Below are positions 1 through 13,788 of a stretch of 64,000 nucleotides of DNA, in pieces (position 1 is the stretch's first letter; each line of letters starts with the position of its first letter). The translations under genes and the position numbers were made by a program. Below the pieces are notes generated by a model, which was given only the letters and a program-made list of their open reading frames with translations, had not been told where the DNA came from and ran no database searches. This DNA comes from Candidatus Omnitrophota bacterium (GTDB taxonomy: Bacteria; Omnitrophota; Gorgyraeia; Zapsychrales; Fredricksoniimonadaceae), in contig JAUSEK010000012.1 in assembly GCA_030650275.1 (NCBI GenBank), forward strand, positions 472 through 64,471. The letters run 5' to 3'.

Positions 1-7
1 GCGACAT

Positions 8-994
8 TTACCATTTGACCACATTCGCCGCGCTGACCAGTCCCGCGCCAAAAGCCACCAAAACCACCTTACTGCCTTTTTTGATCCGTTTGGTCTTGAC
101 GGCCTCGTAAAGAGCAACGGCGATGGACGCGGCGGACATATTGCCGTATTTATCAATATTAACGAAAAATTTTTCCTTGGGGATGCCCAATTTCCTGGCC
201 ACCGCTGAAATGATACGGTCATTGGCCTGATGAGGAACAACGCAGTCCACGTCGCTTTTTTTCATTTTGGCTTTTTTAAGCACCTGCTCAACGGCCTCGG
301 CCATGGAATTGACCGCGACCTTGAACAATTCCTGGCCCTGCATGACCACATGCGGCAATTGGGTGTGCGTGGCTTTTTGAGGGTCGAACGGACTGCGCAT
401 CTCCTGGGCCACCACTTCCATCAAATGACCGTATTTTCCGAACGACCGGGTAAAATCGGCGATGATGCCACCGGAACGCGCCTTGCCCAGAACGCAGGCG
501 CCGGCCCCGTCCCCGAAAAGGATACAGGTGGAACGGTCTTTCCAATCAATCAGCCCGCTGATCCGCTCGGCCGCGATGACCAAAACGTTTTTTGCCGCGC
601 CTGTCCGGATGTATTGTTTCGCCGTGGTCAAGGCGTATAAAAACCCCGAGCAGGCCGCGGAAACGTCAAAAGCCGTGGCATTGAATGCCCCCAGGGTTTT
701 TTGCACCTTGCATGCCATGGACGGAAAATTGCTGTCCGGGCTGATCGTGGCCACGATGATGAGGTCTATTTTTTGCGCCGGGATCCCGGCGTCTTTGAGT
801 GCCCGCGCCGCGGCTTTAGCGGCAAGGTCGCTGGTCTTTTCTTTAATGCCGGCGATGCGCCGCTCAACAATGCCCGTGCGTGTGCGGATCCACTCATCGG
901 AGGTCGCGACCATTTTTTCCAGGTCAAAATTGGTGAGTTTTCTCGCGGGCAAATAAACGCCTAAACCAAGGATGCCGACATGGGGCATGGTCAT
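8..994 (-). CDS. fabH: 3-oxoacyl-ACP synthase III (KAS III)
   Basis: 328-aa ORF with thiolase-fold KAS III layout. It is the last gene of the conserved yceD-rpmF-plsX-fabH operon and overlaps the plsX stop by 4 nt. Confidence 0.9.
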   Translation of the reverse strand: MTMPHVGILGLGVYLPARKLTNFDLEKMVATSDEWIRTRTGIVERRIAGIKEKTSDLAAKAAARALKDAGIPAQKIDLIIVATISPDSNFPSMACKVQKTLGAFNATAFDVSAACSGFLYALTTAKQYIRTGAAKNVLVIAAERISGLIDWKDRSTCILFGDGAGACVLGKARSGGIIADFTRSFGKYGHLMEVVAQEMRSPFDPQKATHTQLPHVVMQGQELFKVAVNSMAEAVEQVLKKAKMKKSDVDCVVPHQANDRIISAVARKLGIPKEKFFVNIDKYGNMSAASIAVALYEAVKTKRIKKGSKVVLVAFGAGLVSAANVVKW

Positions 995-1977
995 TTGACC
1001 GCCTCTTCCTTGATCTTTGCCAAAACATCATGTTCCACTTCGCGGATGGCCGCGCGGATGGCGTTCCTGATGGCTTTAGGCGAAGAACGGCCGTGGCTGA
1101 TGAGTACCAGCCCATCCACCCCCAATAAAGGGGCGCCGCCGTATTCGGAATAATCAATGGATCTTCTGGCTTCGCTCAAACTGGATTTTAAAAGCAACGC
1201 GCCAAGGATGGCGATGGGATTCTTTTTGATCTCCCGCTTCATCAGTATACCGACGCTTTCCATCAAGCCCTCGGAAACCTTCAAAGCCACGTTGCCCACG
1301 TAACCGTCGCAGACAATGCAATGCGCCTTGCCGGTGAATATCTCATTGGCCTCAATATTGCCGATAAAATCGGGTTCCCTTTCTTCCAGTATTTTGTGGG
1401 CTTCTTTTTCCAACTCGGTGCCCTTGCCTTCCTCCGCGCCGATATTCAAAAGCCCCACACTCGGATGAGGGATCTCCAGGACGAGGCGCGCGTAGACCTT
1501 GGCCATTTTGGCATATTGCAATAAATGTTCGGGCTTGGCCGCGGTGTTGGCGCCCAGATCGATCATGAAAGAAAATTTCTTCAGGGTGGGGATGACGCAG
1601 CCGATGCCCGGGCGGTCTACACCAGGGATCATGCCCAGCACAACAGTGGAAGCGGCCACCACGGCACCGGTATTGCCGGCGCTGATAAAAGCGTCATAGC
1701 CGCCTTTTTTCAAAAGCCCGACACCGACGGTAATGGATGAATTTTTCTTCTGGCGGATGGAAGCGATGGCGTGATCATCCATGGCCACGATCTCCGGGGC
1801 ATGGACGATCTCAATAAGGCCTTGGGGGTATTTGTATTTTTTGAGCTCGGCCTCGACGCGTTGGGCAATGCCGACCAAGACCACCGGTACGCGGTAGGCG
1901 TTCACCGCGTCAACGGCCCCAGCAACTACATTTTCAGGGGCATGATCCCCGCCCATGGCATCGACAACGATCTTCAT
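991..1977 (-). CDS. plsX: phosphate acyltransferase PlsX
   Basis: 328-aa ORF with the N-terminal MKIVVDAMGGDHAP motif typical of PlsX. Position between rpmF and fabH matches the conserved operon. Confidence 0.9.
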   Translation of the reverse strand: MKIVVDAMGGDHAPENVVAGAVDAVNAYRVPVVLVGIAQRVEAELKKYKYPQGLIEIVHAPEIVAMDDHAIASIRQKKNSSITVGVGLLKKGGYDAFISAGNTGAVVAASTVVLGMIPGVDRPGIGCVIPTLKKFSFMIDLGANTAAKPEHLLQYAKMAKVYARLVLEIPHPSVGLLNIGAEEGKGTELEKEAHKILEEREPDFIGNIEANEIFTGKAHCIVCDGYVGNVALKVSEGLMESVGILMKREIKKNPIAILGALLLKSSLSEARRSIDYSEYGGAPLLGVDGLVLISHGRSSPKAIRNAIRAAIREVEHDVLAKIKEEAVK

Positions 1978-1984
1978 AGTATTA

Positions 1985-2176
1985 TTATTTTACGGCTTTG
2001 GCAGCCACTTCGACAATGTGCGTGCCTTTATAATACCCGCAGAACGGGCATATGCGATGGGGCAGCCCCGCTTTTTGGCATTGCGGACATTTGCGCAAAG
2101 CCGCGACAGTCACCTTCCAGTGGGTGCGGCGTTTACGCCCGCGGCTTTTTGAATGTTGTCTTTTCGGTAATGGCAT
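1985..2176 (-). CDS. rpmF: 50S ribosomal protein L32
   Basis: 63-aa basic ORF with a CxxC...CxxC zinc ribbon, located between yceD and plsX as in the conserved operon. Confidence 0.85.
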   Translation of the reverse strand: MPLPKRQHSKSRGRKRRTHWKVTVAALRKCPQCQKAGLPHRICPFCGYYKGTHIVEVAAKAVK

Positions 2177-2188
2177 GATAACTCTCCC

Positions 2189-2599
2189 TTATTTACATTT
2201 ACATTTTTCGGTATTAAGATTTGCCCCGCATTTCGCGCAAATCCCCTTGCAATCCTCCCTGCACAGGATCCGGGCGGGATTGCTCATGATCATTTCCTGC
2301 CGGATCTCCTCCCCTAGGTCCACATATTCAGCTTCGGGTTCCAAAGGAAAATTAAAATGGTATTCCTTAACCTCCAGGCGTTGAAAATTTTCCAGACAAC
2401 GGGAGCAGGTATATCCGTATTCCGTCTCCACCCGCGCTTCGGCCACAATGACATTGTCCACCTTGGCCAGATGCGCGTGGACCTTCAACGGCGAACGCAG
2501 GTCGATCTCTTCATCGGTCAGGCCGATCCCTTCCTTCGGGACGACCTGGTCGATCTCCTTGCCTTTAAACGTGATGTCCCGGATGGAAACCCTGATCAT
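2189..2599 (-). CDS. yceD: DUF177/YceD family protein (large-subunit rRNA/23S maturation accessory protein)
   Basis: 136-aa acidic ORF with C-terminal CxxC...CxxC, immediately upstream of rpmF. Confidence 0.8.
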   Translation of the reverse strand: MIRVSIRDITFKGKEIDQVVPKEGIGLTDEEIDLRSPLKVHAHLAKVDNVIVAEARVETEYGYTCSRCLENFQRLEVKEYHFNFPLEPEAEYVDLGEEIRQEMIMSNPARILCREDCKGICAKCGANLNTEKCKCK

Positions 2600-3084
2600 C
2601 GCTTCAGGCGCTCTTTCAACTTGCGTTCGACCGCCGCGGGGACCAGTGAAGAAACGTCCCCGTGGAGGGTCGCGACTTCCTTAAGCAAACTGGAAGAAAG
2701 GAAAGACACGTGCTCGGAAGGCATCAAAAACACCGTCTCAATGTCCTGGGCCAGGCGCCGGTTGGTCAACGCGATCTGGAACTCATAATCAAAATCAGAG
2801 GTCATGCGCAAACCGCGGATGAGGACATTGACCTGCTTGCGACGGGCATAATCAACGACCAGGCCGTCAAATGCTTCCACCTGGACATTGGGGATATCCG
2901 CTGTCACTTCCTTGAGCATGGCCACGCGTTCGGCAATGGTAAAGAACGCTTTTTTGCCGCTATTGTCCGCCGCCGCAACGATGACTTTGTCAAAAATACG
3001 CGCGGCCCGGTGGATAACGTCCAAATGACCGTTGGTCGCGGGGTCAAAACTGCCCGGATATATTGCGGTTTTGCCGTGTGCCAT
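2596..3084 (-). CDS. coaD: phosphopantetheine adenylyltransferase
   Basis: 162-aa ORF; the N-terminal AIYPGSFDPxTNGHLD motif is a PPAT signature. Confidence 0.9.
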   Translation of the reverse strand: MAHGKTAIYPGSFDPATNGHLDVIHRAARIFDKVIVAAADNSGKKAFFTIAERVAMLKEVTADIPNVQVEAFDGLVVDYARRKQVNVLIRGLRMTSDFDYEFQIALTNRRLAQDIETVFLMPSEHVSFLSSSLLKEVATLHGDVSSLVPAAVERKLKERLKR

Positions 3085-3091
3085 GAGTACC

Positions 3092-3646
3092 TTAGTCCGT
3101 AACCTTCTGTAAAATAGTCAGTTGGGAGGCCCCGTACCGGCGTTCGCTGACGACTTTCATATGTTCCGGTACGTCCACGCGCTCGGCCGGATCGTGCTGT
3201 ACGACGAGAAAACTGTGAGCGTGTAATATATCATTTACCCCCGGGCATTTCAAGGTTTTTTTGGCGAGGTTGCGGTCAAACGGGGGGTCAAAAAAGACGA
3301 TATCAAAGGTTTGGTCCTTTTGGGCCAATTTCTTAATTGAAGCAAAGACATCCGCCTCCAGGATCCGGTATTGTTCCCCCAGATCAATGCCTAAGATGCG
3401 GCAGTTTTCGCGTAGGATTTCGGCATTTTTGGGGTCTTTTTCTACCATGGTCACTTCCTTGGCCCCCCGGGATATGGCCTCCAGACCCACCGCCCCGCTT
3501 CCGGAAAAAAGGTCCAAAAATGTCAGCCCTTTAAAGTCATGCCCTAAAATGTCAAACACCGCGGCCCTTAAAACATTCTGGGTCGGCCTGATGCCGGAGG
3601 GCATGTAAAAATTGCGTCCTTTATATTTCCCGGAAAGTATTTTCAT
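3092..3646 (-). CDS. rsmD: 16S rRNA (guanine966-N2)-methyltransferase RsmD
   Basis: 184-aa ORF with the DLFSGSGAVGLEAISRG SAM-binding motif and a DPPF motif. coaD-rsmD adjacency is conserved. Confidence 0.85.
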   Translation of the reverse strand: MKILSGKYKGRNFYMPSGIRPTQNVLRAAVFDILGHDFKGLTFLDLFSGSGAVGLEAISRGAKEVTMVEKDPKNAEILRENCRILGIDLGEQYRILEADVFASIKKLAQKDQTFDIVFFDPPFDRNLAKKTLKCPGVNDILHAHSFLVVQHDPAERVDVPEHMKVVSERRYGASQLTILQKVTD

Positions 3647-3660
3647 AGATAATTCGGCAC

Positions 3661-5742
3661 TTATCCCGCCAGCACCGCGTCCAAATAATGCGGATACCTT
3701 TTCTTGATGACTGACCTGATCAAACGGTTTGCCGGACTCTTCAACGGCGGATCCTTACGTGTCAGCCCTATCGCTTCCTGGCGGGCTTTTTCCAAAATAT
3801 CCATTTGGGTCAAAGGGCCGGTTGTCCTCAATTCATCGGCCCCATGCTGATGACGGCCGAAATAATGCCCCGGCCCGCGGATCTGCAGGTCCTGTTGGGC
3901 GATCTTAAACCCGTCGGTGGTTTTGATAAAAATATCCAGGCGCGCCTTGGACTCCGGGGTCTTGGAGTCGGTGACCAGAATGCACACGCCGTCCTGCGGC
4001 CCGCGTCCGATCCGTCCGCGCATTTGGTGCAATTGGCTTAAACCAAATCTCTCGGCATGCTCAATGACCATGACATTGGCATTGGCCACGTCAATACCCA
4101 CCTCAAGGATGGTGGTGGCCACGAGGATGTCCAGCTCATGGTTCTTGAACTTGAGCATGGTCTCCTGGGCCTCCTTCCTGTCCATCTGCCCGTGGACCAA
4201 AGCCAGCCGCAGGCCTTTGAACTCAAACTGAATGAAATGCCTGAACATGTCCTTGGCCGCTTTGAGGTCCAGCGCTTCGCTTTCTTCCACCATGGGATAA
4301 ATGATATAGGCCTGCGTGCCTTTGTTCACCTGTTGACGCACCTGTTCATAAACAGCCGGAGCTTTGTCCATTGTGAAACGATAGGTTTGGACCTTTCCGC
4401 GCCCGGGCGGCATTTCATCGATCACAGACACGTCCAGGTCCCCATACAGGGTCAGGCACAAAGTCCTTGGAATAGGCGTCGCGGTCATGACCAAAACATC
4501 GGGGTTGCTCCCTTTGGCTGACAATAAAGCCCGCTGATCAACGCCGAATTTATGCTGTTCATCGATCACGACAAAGGTCAGCTTCTTAAAAGCAACGGTG
4601 TCCTGCAAAAGCGCGTGGGTGCCGATGACAAGATCAATGCCCCCCTCTTTCAAGCCACGCAACACCTGTTCCCTGTCTTTTTTAGACATGGAACTGGTCA
4701 AAAGCGCCGGACGCATGCCCTTAAAAACACCGCGGCCCATGAGCTTCTCAAAATGGACATAATGCTGTCTGGCCAAGATCTCCGTCGGTGCCATGAACGC
4801 GCTTTGACCGCCATTGTGGAACGCCGCGGCACAGCCGAAGAATGCCGCGGCTGTTTTGCCGCAGCCGACATCGCCCTGCAAAAGCCGCAGCATGGGACGG
4901 GGCTTGGCCATGTCTTCGGCCATCTCGGAGGCGACCCTCATCTGGGCCCGGGTGAGCGTAAAAGGGAACGACCGGACGTAATCCTCCATGAACGTCTTTT
5001 CAATGCGGTGAGCAACGCCCTCCTTGGTCGTAATGCTCAAACGCCTCAACAGCACGCAAACCTGAAAAAGAAAGAATTCTTCGAATGCCGCGCGGCGGCC
5101 CGCCTTTTCCTGCTCCCGGGCGCTGTCGGGAAAATGGATCTGCCGTATGCCCTCGGCCATGCACCCAAAACCCTGCCTGACCCGGACATCAGCCGGCACA
5201 ATGTCCCTCATTTGACCGCCGTACTTTTCCAATGCCGCATCAATGGCCTTGCGCAAGAAACGCTGGGTGATCCCCTTGGTCAAAGGATAGACCGGCACGA
5301 TCCGGCCCATGTTCAGCGACCTGTCCTCGGGGGTGATCAGTTCAAAATCCGGCATGATCATCTGCAGGCGTTTCTTAAAGACATCCACCCTGCCGTAAAA
5401 AACCGCCTCCTGCCCCGGCTTGAAATACTTGTCCAGCCACGGCCGGTTGAACCACACGCAGAAAACACGCCCGCTTTTGTCCCCCACCGATATCTCAAAG
5501 GTCTTGTGGCGGGAATAAAAATTGCGTTTGCCCACCGTCAAAACCTTGGCTGAAACGGTCTGTGTTTCGCCGGCTGAAAGCATGGCGATGGGCGTGAATT
5601 GAGAGCGGTCCTCATAACGAAAAGGAAAAAGGTACAGCAAATCCTCGACGCTGTAGATGCCGAGATCAGCCAAAAGTTTGGCCTTGCCCGGCCCAACGCC
5701 TTTGACGTATTGGACGGAAATATCGTTTAAGTGTTCAGGCAT
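3661..5742 (-). CDS. recG: ATP-dependent DNA helicase RecG
   Basis: 693-aa ORF with a wedge/OB N-terminal region, a GDVGCGKT Walker A motif, a DEQH box and helicase C-terminal motifs. Confidence 0.9.
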   Translation of the reverse strand: MPEHLNDISVQYVKGVGPGKAKLLADLGIYSVEDLLYLFPFRYEDRSQFTPIAMLSAGETQTVSAKVLTVGKRNFYSRHKTFEISVGDKSGRVFCVWFNRPWLDKYFKPGQEAVFYGRVDVFKKRLQMIMPDFELITPEDRSLNMGRIVPVYPLTKGITQRFLRKAIDAALEKYGGQMRDIVPADVRVRQGFGCMAEGIRQIHFPDSAREQEKAGRRAAFEEFFLFQVCVLLRRLSITTKEGVAHRIEKTFMEDYVRSFPFTLTRAQMRVASEMAEDMAKPRPMLRLLQGDVGCGKTAAAFFGCAAAFHNGGQSAFMAPTEILARQHYVHFEKLMGRGVFKGMRPALLTSSMSKKDREQVLRGLKEGGIDLVIGTHALLQDTVAFKKLTFVVIDEQHKFGVDQRALLSAKGSNPDVLVMTATPIPRTLCLTLYGDLDVSVIDEMPPGRGKVQTYRFTMDKAPAVYEQVRQQVNKGTQAYIIYPMVEESEALDLKAAKDMFRHFIQFEFKGLRLALVHGQMDRKEAQETMLKFKNHELDILVATTILEVGIDVANANVMVIEHAERFGLSQLHQMRGRIGRGPQDGVCILVTDSKTPESKARLDIFIKTTDGFKIAQQDLQIRGPGHYFGRHQHGADELRTTGPLTQMDILEKARQEAIGLTRKDPPLKSPANRLIRSVIKKRYPHYLDAVLAG

Positions 5743-5763
5743 GAAAAGGGGCGGGCTTGTGAA

Positions 5764-6159
5764 CTAAAAACGCATGGACTTAAGACGCCGGGCCAATTGC
5801 TTGCGGTAATTCTTATGGAACACCTCTTCAAAATCATAAGCGTTCTTGAAACTCTCGTAATTGTCATGGGCGTCTTTGGAAAGGATCTTATGCTCCACCA
5901 GATGATACACCATATTGCCGAAATCATCCGTGGTCTTCACCCCCCAGAAATTAAGGATGGTCAGGATCATGGGCCCGAATTTCTTGAGCAAAAGCGCCCT
6001 GATGCCCTCCAGGAGTTGGGCCCCGGTGACGTGCTTGGCTCTTTTGAACCTTTTCTGGCTGTAATGCAGGGCCTCCATGATGAATTCGTAGGCCTCGGGG
6101 TGATAGCGGGGATCCGTCGTACAGATCTTCGAAATGATGCTGTAGAACTCCTCATTCAT
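5764..6159 (-). CDS. conserved hypothetical protein (small alpha-helical; resembles a Planctomycetes/Verrucomicrobia-restricted family)
   Basis: 131-aa ORF with no recognisable catalytic motif. The family call is from memory only. Confidence 0.5.
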   Translation of the reverse strand: MNEEFYSIISKICTTDPRYHPEAYEFIMEALHYSQKRFKRAKHVTGAQLLEGIRALLLKKFGPMILTILNFWGVKTTDDFGNMVYHLVEHKILSKDAHDNYESFKNAYDFEEVFHKNYRKQLARRLKSMRF

Positions 6160-6202
6160 TGAGTTTATTTTAGCATCCCTAAAACGAAACTCAAAAGGAA
6201 TC

Positions 6203-6244
6203 TTAAGAAAATAAAAGGCCCCGCGATCAACGACCGCGGGGCCT
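6203..6244 (-). terminator. intrinsic terminator downstream of 5S rRNA
   Basis: GC-rich hairpin AGGCCCCGCG-N8-CGCGGGGCCU followed on the minus strand by a U-rich tract (plus-strand A tract at 6205-6215). Confidence 0.55.
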
Positions 6245-6249
6245 CAAAG

Positions 6250-6369
6250 AAACCGGTAACGTTCTACTCTCCCATGGCCATGTGACCACAGTACCATCGA
6301 CCTCGGTGGGCTTAACTTCCGTATTCGGAATGGGAACGGGTGTAACACCACCAGTAAAGTTACCGGAAG
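6250..6369 (-). rRNA. rrf: 5S ribosomal RNA
   Basis: The reverse complement matches the 5S consensus (CCGAAUACGGAAGUUAAGC and GAGAGUAG motifs). About 120 nt. Confidence 0.85.
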
Positions 6370-6424
6370 ATCAAATGACAATTGCGGAATAAAGGGAAGC
6401 ACAAAACCGTAAAAATTAAAAATG

Positions 6425-9400
<2,976 letters not shown>

Positions 9401-9542
9401 CAGGGCGCGAGAAACCCCCGGCCAAGAAAAAACACTCGGCATTGCACTACCCTTTATTCCACAATTGTCAAAGAGCTACTCTGCCGGAAGCCGTTGCCGC
9501 CGGCAGAAAAATATGCTCACAACCGATCGTCCGAGAAATATC

Positions 9543-9618
9543 TGGTGGAGCCGAGGAGGATCGAACTCCTGACCCCCTGCTTGCAAAGCAGGCGCTCTCC
9601 CAGCTGAGCTACGGCCCC
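9543..9618 (-). tRNA. tRNA-Ala (UGC)
   Basis: Reverse complement gives a canonical cloverleaf with the G3:U70 Ala identity pair and anticodon UGC. CCA is encoded. Sits in the 16S-23S spacer. Confidence 0.9.
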
Positions 9619-9633
9619 GAAGGGCTTATCGTA

Positions 9634-9710
9634 TGGTGGGCCCGAGGGGAGTCGAACCACTGACCTCGTCCTTATCAGGGACGCGCTCTAACCAACTGAG
9701 CTACGGGCCC
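9634..9710 (-). tRNA. tRNA-Ile (GAU)
   Basis: Reverse complement GGGCCCGUAGCUCAGUUGGUUAGAGCGCGUCCCUGAUAAGGACGAGGUCAGUGGUUCGACUCCCCUCGGGCCCACCA, anticodon GAU. Spacer tRNA. Confidence 0.9.
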
Positions 9711-9728
9711 ATAAAAGTCAGTGGTAGA

Positions 9729-9812
9729 AATTATGGGGACGTAAGACAAAGGTAGCACCTACCTTTTTATAAGAAGGTAGGTGCTACCTTTGTAGCCTTA
9801 GTCCCCATAATT
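9729..9812. repeat. near-perfect 84-nt palindromic hairpin in the 16S-tRNA spacer, with AATTATGGGGAC terminal inverted repeats
   Basis: A perfect 18-bp inner stem (ACAAAGGTAGCACCTACC / GGTAGGTGCTACCTTTGT) is flanked by an outer stem AATTATGGGGAC / GTCCCCATAATT. The same termini flank a second element at 24303-24374. Confidence 0.6.
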
Positions 9813-9922
9813 CTTACCAAATATAAAAAGCCAAGTCATTCTCAAAGAGAGATTCTGTCAATAAACTGCCATCCTCTCAAAGAAGGACTTACCACATTTT
9901 CTCTACCCTATCATAAGAATAG

Positions 9923-11466
<1,544 letters not shown>

Positions 11467-11517
11467 ATAACTTGGCTTTTTTGTAAACTTTGGCTAATTG
11501 AATTGAATCGGACAATC

Positions 11518-11600
11518 GATTGTCAAAGAACGTCTGCAAAAAATGTTTTATAAGATTAACAGATAAACGCTTGATGTCAAGAAAATTGTTTGACTATTTC
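11518..11600 (-). promoter_or_regulatory. putative rRNA operon promoter region (two TTGACA -35-like boxes on the minus strand)
   Basis: Reverse complements of TTGTCAA (11518-11524) and TTGATGTCAA (11566-11575) give TTGACA hexamers. The -10 elements are weak or ambiguous. Confidence 0.3.
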
Positions 11601-11634
11601 AATAAAGCCGCAAATGGCTTATTTTGCAAGGGTT

Positions 11635-12552
11635 TTAAGATGAAAAAGAACCCAGAAGGCGGGTCAAATTGCCCCCAAAAACCATGCCTCTTTCGCGGGA
11701 GGACAGGAGGGTTTGGCTGATGACCCCCAGGGAATCCGTAAAGTTCTGGTTGGCGGGAAAATCACTGCCCCAAAGGATATGGGCAATATCCGTCACTTCC
11801 AAAGCTCCTGATAAAGAGGCCGGCGACTTGGAGCCGCTGGTGTCAAAATATAAATTCCTGAAATACTCTCCCGGCGCTTTGCCCAAATCCTTGACAAAAT
11901 TGCGCTTGCGCAGCATCGCATACGTGGAATCAAAACGTTCTTTGACGATGGGCAAAACCCCGCCATAGTGGGCAAAAATAAAATTCACGCCGGGATGCCT
12001 TAAAAATACGCCGGACATCATCATTTTGCCGATGCACATGGACACGTCAAAAACATATTCCAAGACCGGGCTTAACAAGGGGTCGCGCACGCGCTGTTCG
12101 CCGATGGGGTCCATGATCTGGGGATGGACGTGGATGGGAAAATGTTTGGCGCGGGCGAACGCGTACACGTCTTCAAACAGAGCATCGTCGAGATAGGTCC
12201 CCTGATAACTGGACGCGAGGGAAATGGCTTTGAGCCCCAGGTCTTCCATGCGCTTTAATTCCCGGGCGATGGCTGATGGGGCGTCCACCGGAATAATGCC
12301 GGCACCAACGAAACGGTCCGAATATTTTTTCACAAGATCGGCAATGGAAGAATTATATACGGAACACAATTTCTCCCATCCGCCCATGTTCAGGTGCGCG
12401 TCGCTGGTGGGATAGACCAGCAAAGCCCGGTCCACATGATACTCGTCCATGAGACGCAGTTGTTTGTCCGCGTCCGACCAATGCTCCTTGAAGAACGCTG
12501 TTTTCTGCGCCACGTCGGGCGGCATATAATGGCTGTGCGCGTCAATGACCAT
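11635..12552 (-). CDS. amidohydrolase_2 family protein (ACMSD/LigW-like metal-dependent aromatic-acid decarboxylase or hydrolase)
   Basis: 305-aa ORF with an N-terminal IDAHSH metal-binding motif and a TIM-barrel amidohydrolase layout. It is the last gene of the co-directional biosynthetic block. Confidence 0.8.
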   Translation of the reverse strand: MVIDAHSHYMPPDVAQKTAFFKEHWSDADKQLRLMDEYHVDRALLVYPTSDAHLNMGGWEKLCSVYNSSIADLVKKYSDRFVGAGIIPVDAPSAIARELKRMEDLGLKAISLASSYQGTYLDDALFEDVYAFARAKHFPIHVHPQIMDPIGEQRVRDPLLSPVLEYVFDVSMCIGKMMMSGVFLRHPGVNFIFAHYGGVLPIVKERFDSTYAMLRKRNFVKDLGKAPGEYFRNLYFDTSGSKSPASLSGALEVTDIAHILWGSDFPANQNFTDSLGVISQTLLSSRERGMVFGGNLTRLLGSFSS

Positions 12553-12812
12553 CAGACCATCTTACTGTCTTTGAGGATCTTGTCCGCGGCCTGCAGGGCC
12601 TTCATGAGTTCCGGCAAAAGGTGGATGTTGATGGAAACGCCTTTGGCCGTCGGGACCATTTGGTCAGAGCCCTGGGTCAAGGTCCATATGCGCACATCAA
12701 CCAGGTCATTGCCCTTGAACTCACGGATGCCCACGCGGACTTCCTGGAACTTATTTTTGGGAAACACTGAAACGGTTTTGTCCATGATGTTCCTTTCAAC
12801 CGGCCTGCTCAC
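12552..12812 (-). CDS. PC4/YdbC-like single-strand nucleic-acid-binding family protein
   Basis: 86-aa ORF; the KFQEVRVGIREFKGNDLVDVRIW...KGVSI pattern resembles the PC4-like fold. Stop overlaps the next start. Confidence 0.55.
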   Translation of the reverse strand: MSRPVERNIMDKTVSVFPKNKFQEVRVGIREFKGNDLVDVRIWTLTQGSDQMVPTAKGVSINIHLLPELMKALQAADKILKDSKMV

Positions 12813-12861
12813 CGGCTCGCAGGCGCGCTAAGCGGTCCGGCTTATTCGCCGGACCAGCGCC

Positions 12862-12972
12862 CTACTTCGCCTGCGTCTGTTGATAGTCAATGATGGGTTT
12901 GGTCCATGTCGTCAATTGATTGATGACCGCCAACTCCAAAGGACAGGCAATATTCCCTATTCCTTCGACTGC
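12862..12972 (-). pseudogene. duplicated 3' fragment of the adjacent SDR gene (36 codons, ends in the same ...PLELAVINQLTTWTKPIIDYQQTQAK-stop)
   Basis: Imperfect direct repeat of about 85 bp, 12876-12956 versus 12993-13072. The reverse-complement translation reproduces the C-terminal 29 aa of the SDR exactly. Confidence 0.55.
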
Positions 12973-12978
12973 ATAGGT

Positions 12979-13788
12979 TTATTTTGCTTGAGTCTGTTGA
13001 TAGTCAATTATTGGCTTAGTCCATGTTGTTAACTGATTAATGACTGCTAATTCAAGGGGACATGCGTTTGCTGGTACTGACAATGCAAAGCTGACCATGT
13101 CTGCCACGGCCACCGGGTCCATCAAACGGTCGCGCTGTTCCTTGGCCACGTCTTTCAAATGATCGGTCAGATCTGACGCGACGACACCGGGCAACAATGA
13201 AGTGACCTTGATATTGTGTTCGCGCATTTCCCAGAACAGGCCTTTGAGGAACGAACGCAAACCCATTTTCAGGGAACTGTAGGCCAAAAATCCGCGCGGG
13301 ATGGGGTCCACCAGCGTCGAACCGGAAACCACGCTGATGATCTGCCCGCTCTTGCGCGCCACCATGTCGGGGATGACCAGGCGGATCAGGCGCACATAGC
13401 CCAAATAATTGACATGGGCGAGCATTTCAAAATCCTCAATGGGCTGTTGGTGGAATGGATGCTGGCTGGAAACGCCGGCCACGTTGACGAGAATATCAAT
13501 TTGTTTGAAATGTGCCTTGGCCTTTTCCACCAAATTCTTAAGGTCTTCCAGTTTGGCCACGTCGGTCGGAATGCCGACGGCCTCGATGTGATATTTGCTT
13601 TTTAATTCCTGCACAGCCGCATCCAAAGGCCCCTGCGTGCGCGCGGCCAGCACCACATTGGCCCCGTGCTCGGCCAAACGCGCGGCAATGGCACGGCCGA
13701 TGCCGCGGCTTGCCCCGGTGATAAGGGCTGTCTTGCCTTTGAGATCAACCAAAACATGTGCCATACATTTCCTTTCCTGAATGGTCAT
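12979..13788 (-). CDS. short-chain dehydrogenase/reductase (putative polyketide ketoreductase)
   Basis: 269-aa ORF with an N-terminal TGASRGIGRAIA Rossmann motif and a downstream YxxxK catalytic motif. Confidence 0.85.
   Translation of the reverse strand: MTIQERKCMAHVLVDLKGKTALITGASRGIGRAIAARLAEHGANVVLAARTQGPLDAAVQELKSKYHIEAVGIPTDVAKLEDLKNLVEKAKAHFKQIDILVNVAGVSSQHPFHQQPIEDFEMLAHVNYLGYVRLIRLVIPDMVARKSGQIISVVSGSTLVDPIPRGFLAYSSLKMGLRSFLKGLFWEMREHNIKVTSLLPGVVASDLTDHLKDVAKEQRDRLMDPVAVADMVSFALSVPANACPLELAVINQLTTWTKPIIDYQQTQAK

Noticed and set aside
4552-5553. 333-aa plus-strand ORF
   Set aside because: It is antisense to and fully contained in recG, has a His/Arg/Gly-rich composition typical of reverse-frame artefacts, and carries no motifs.
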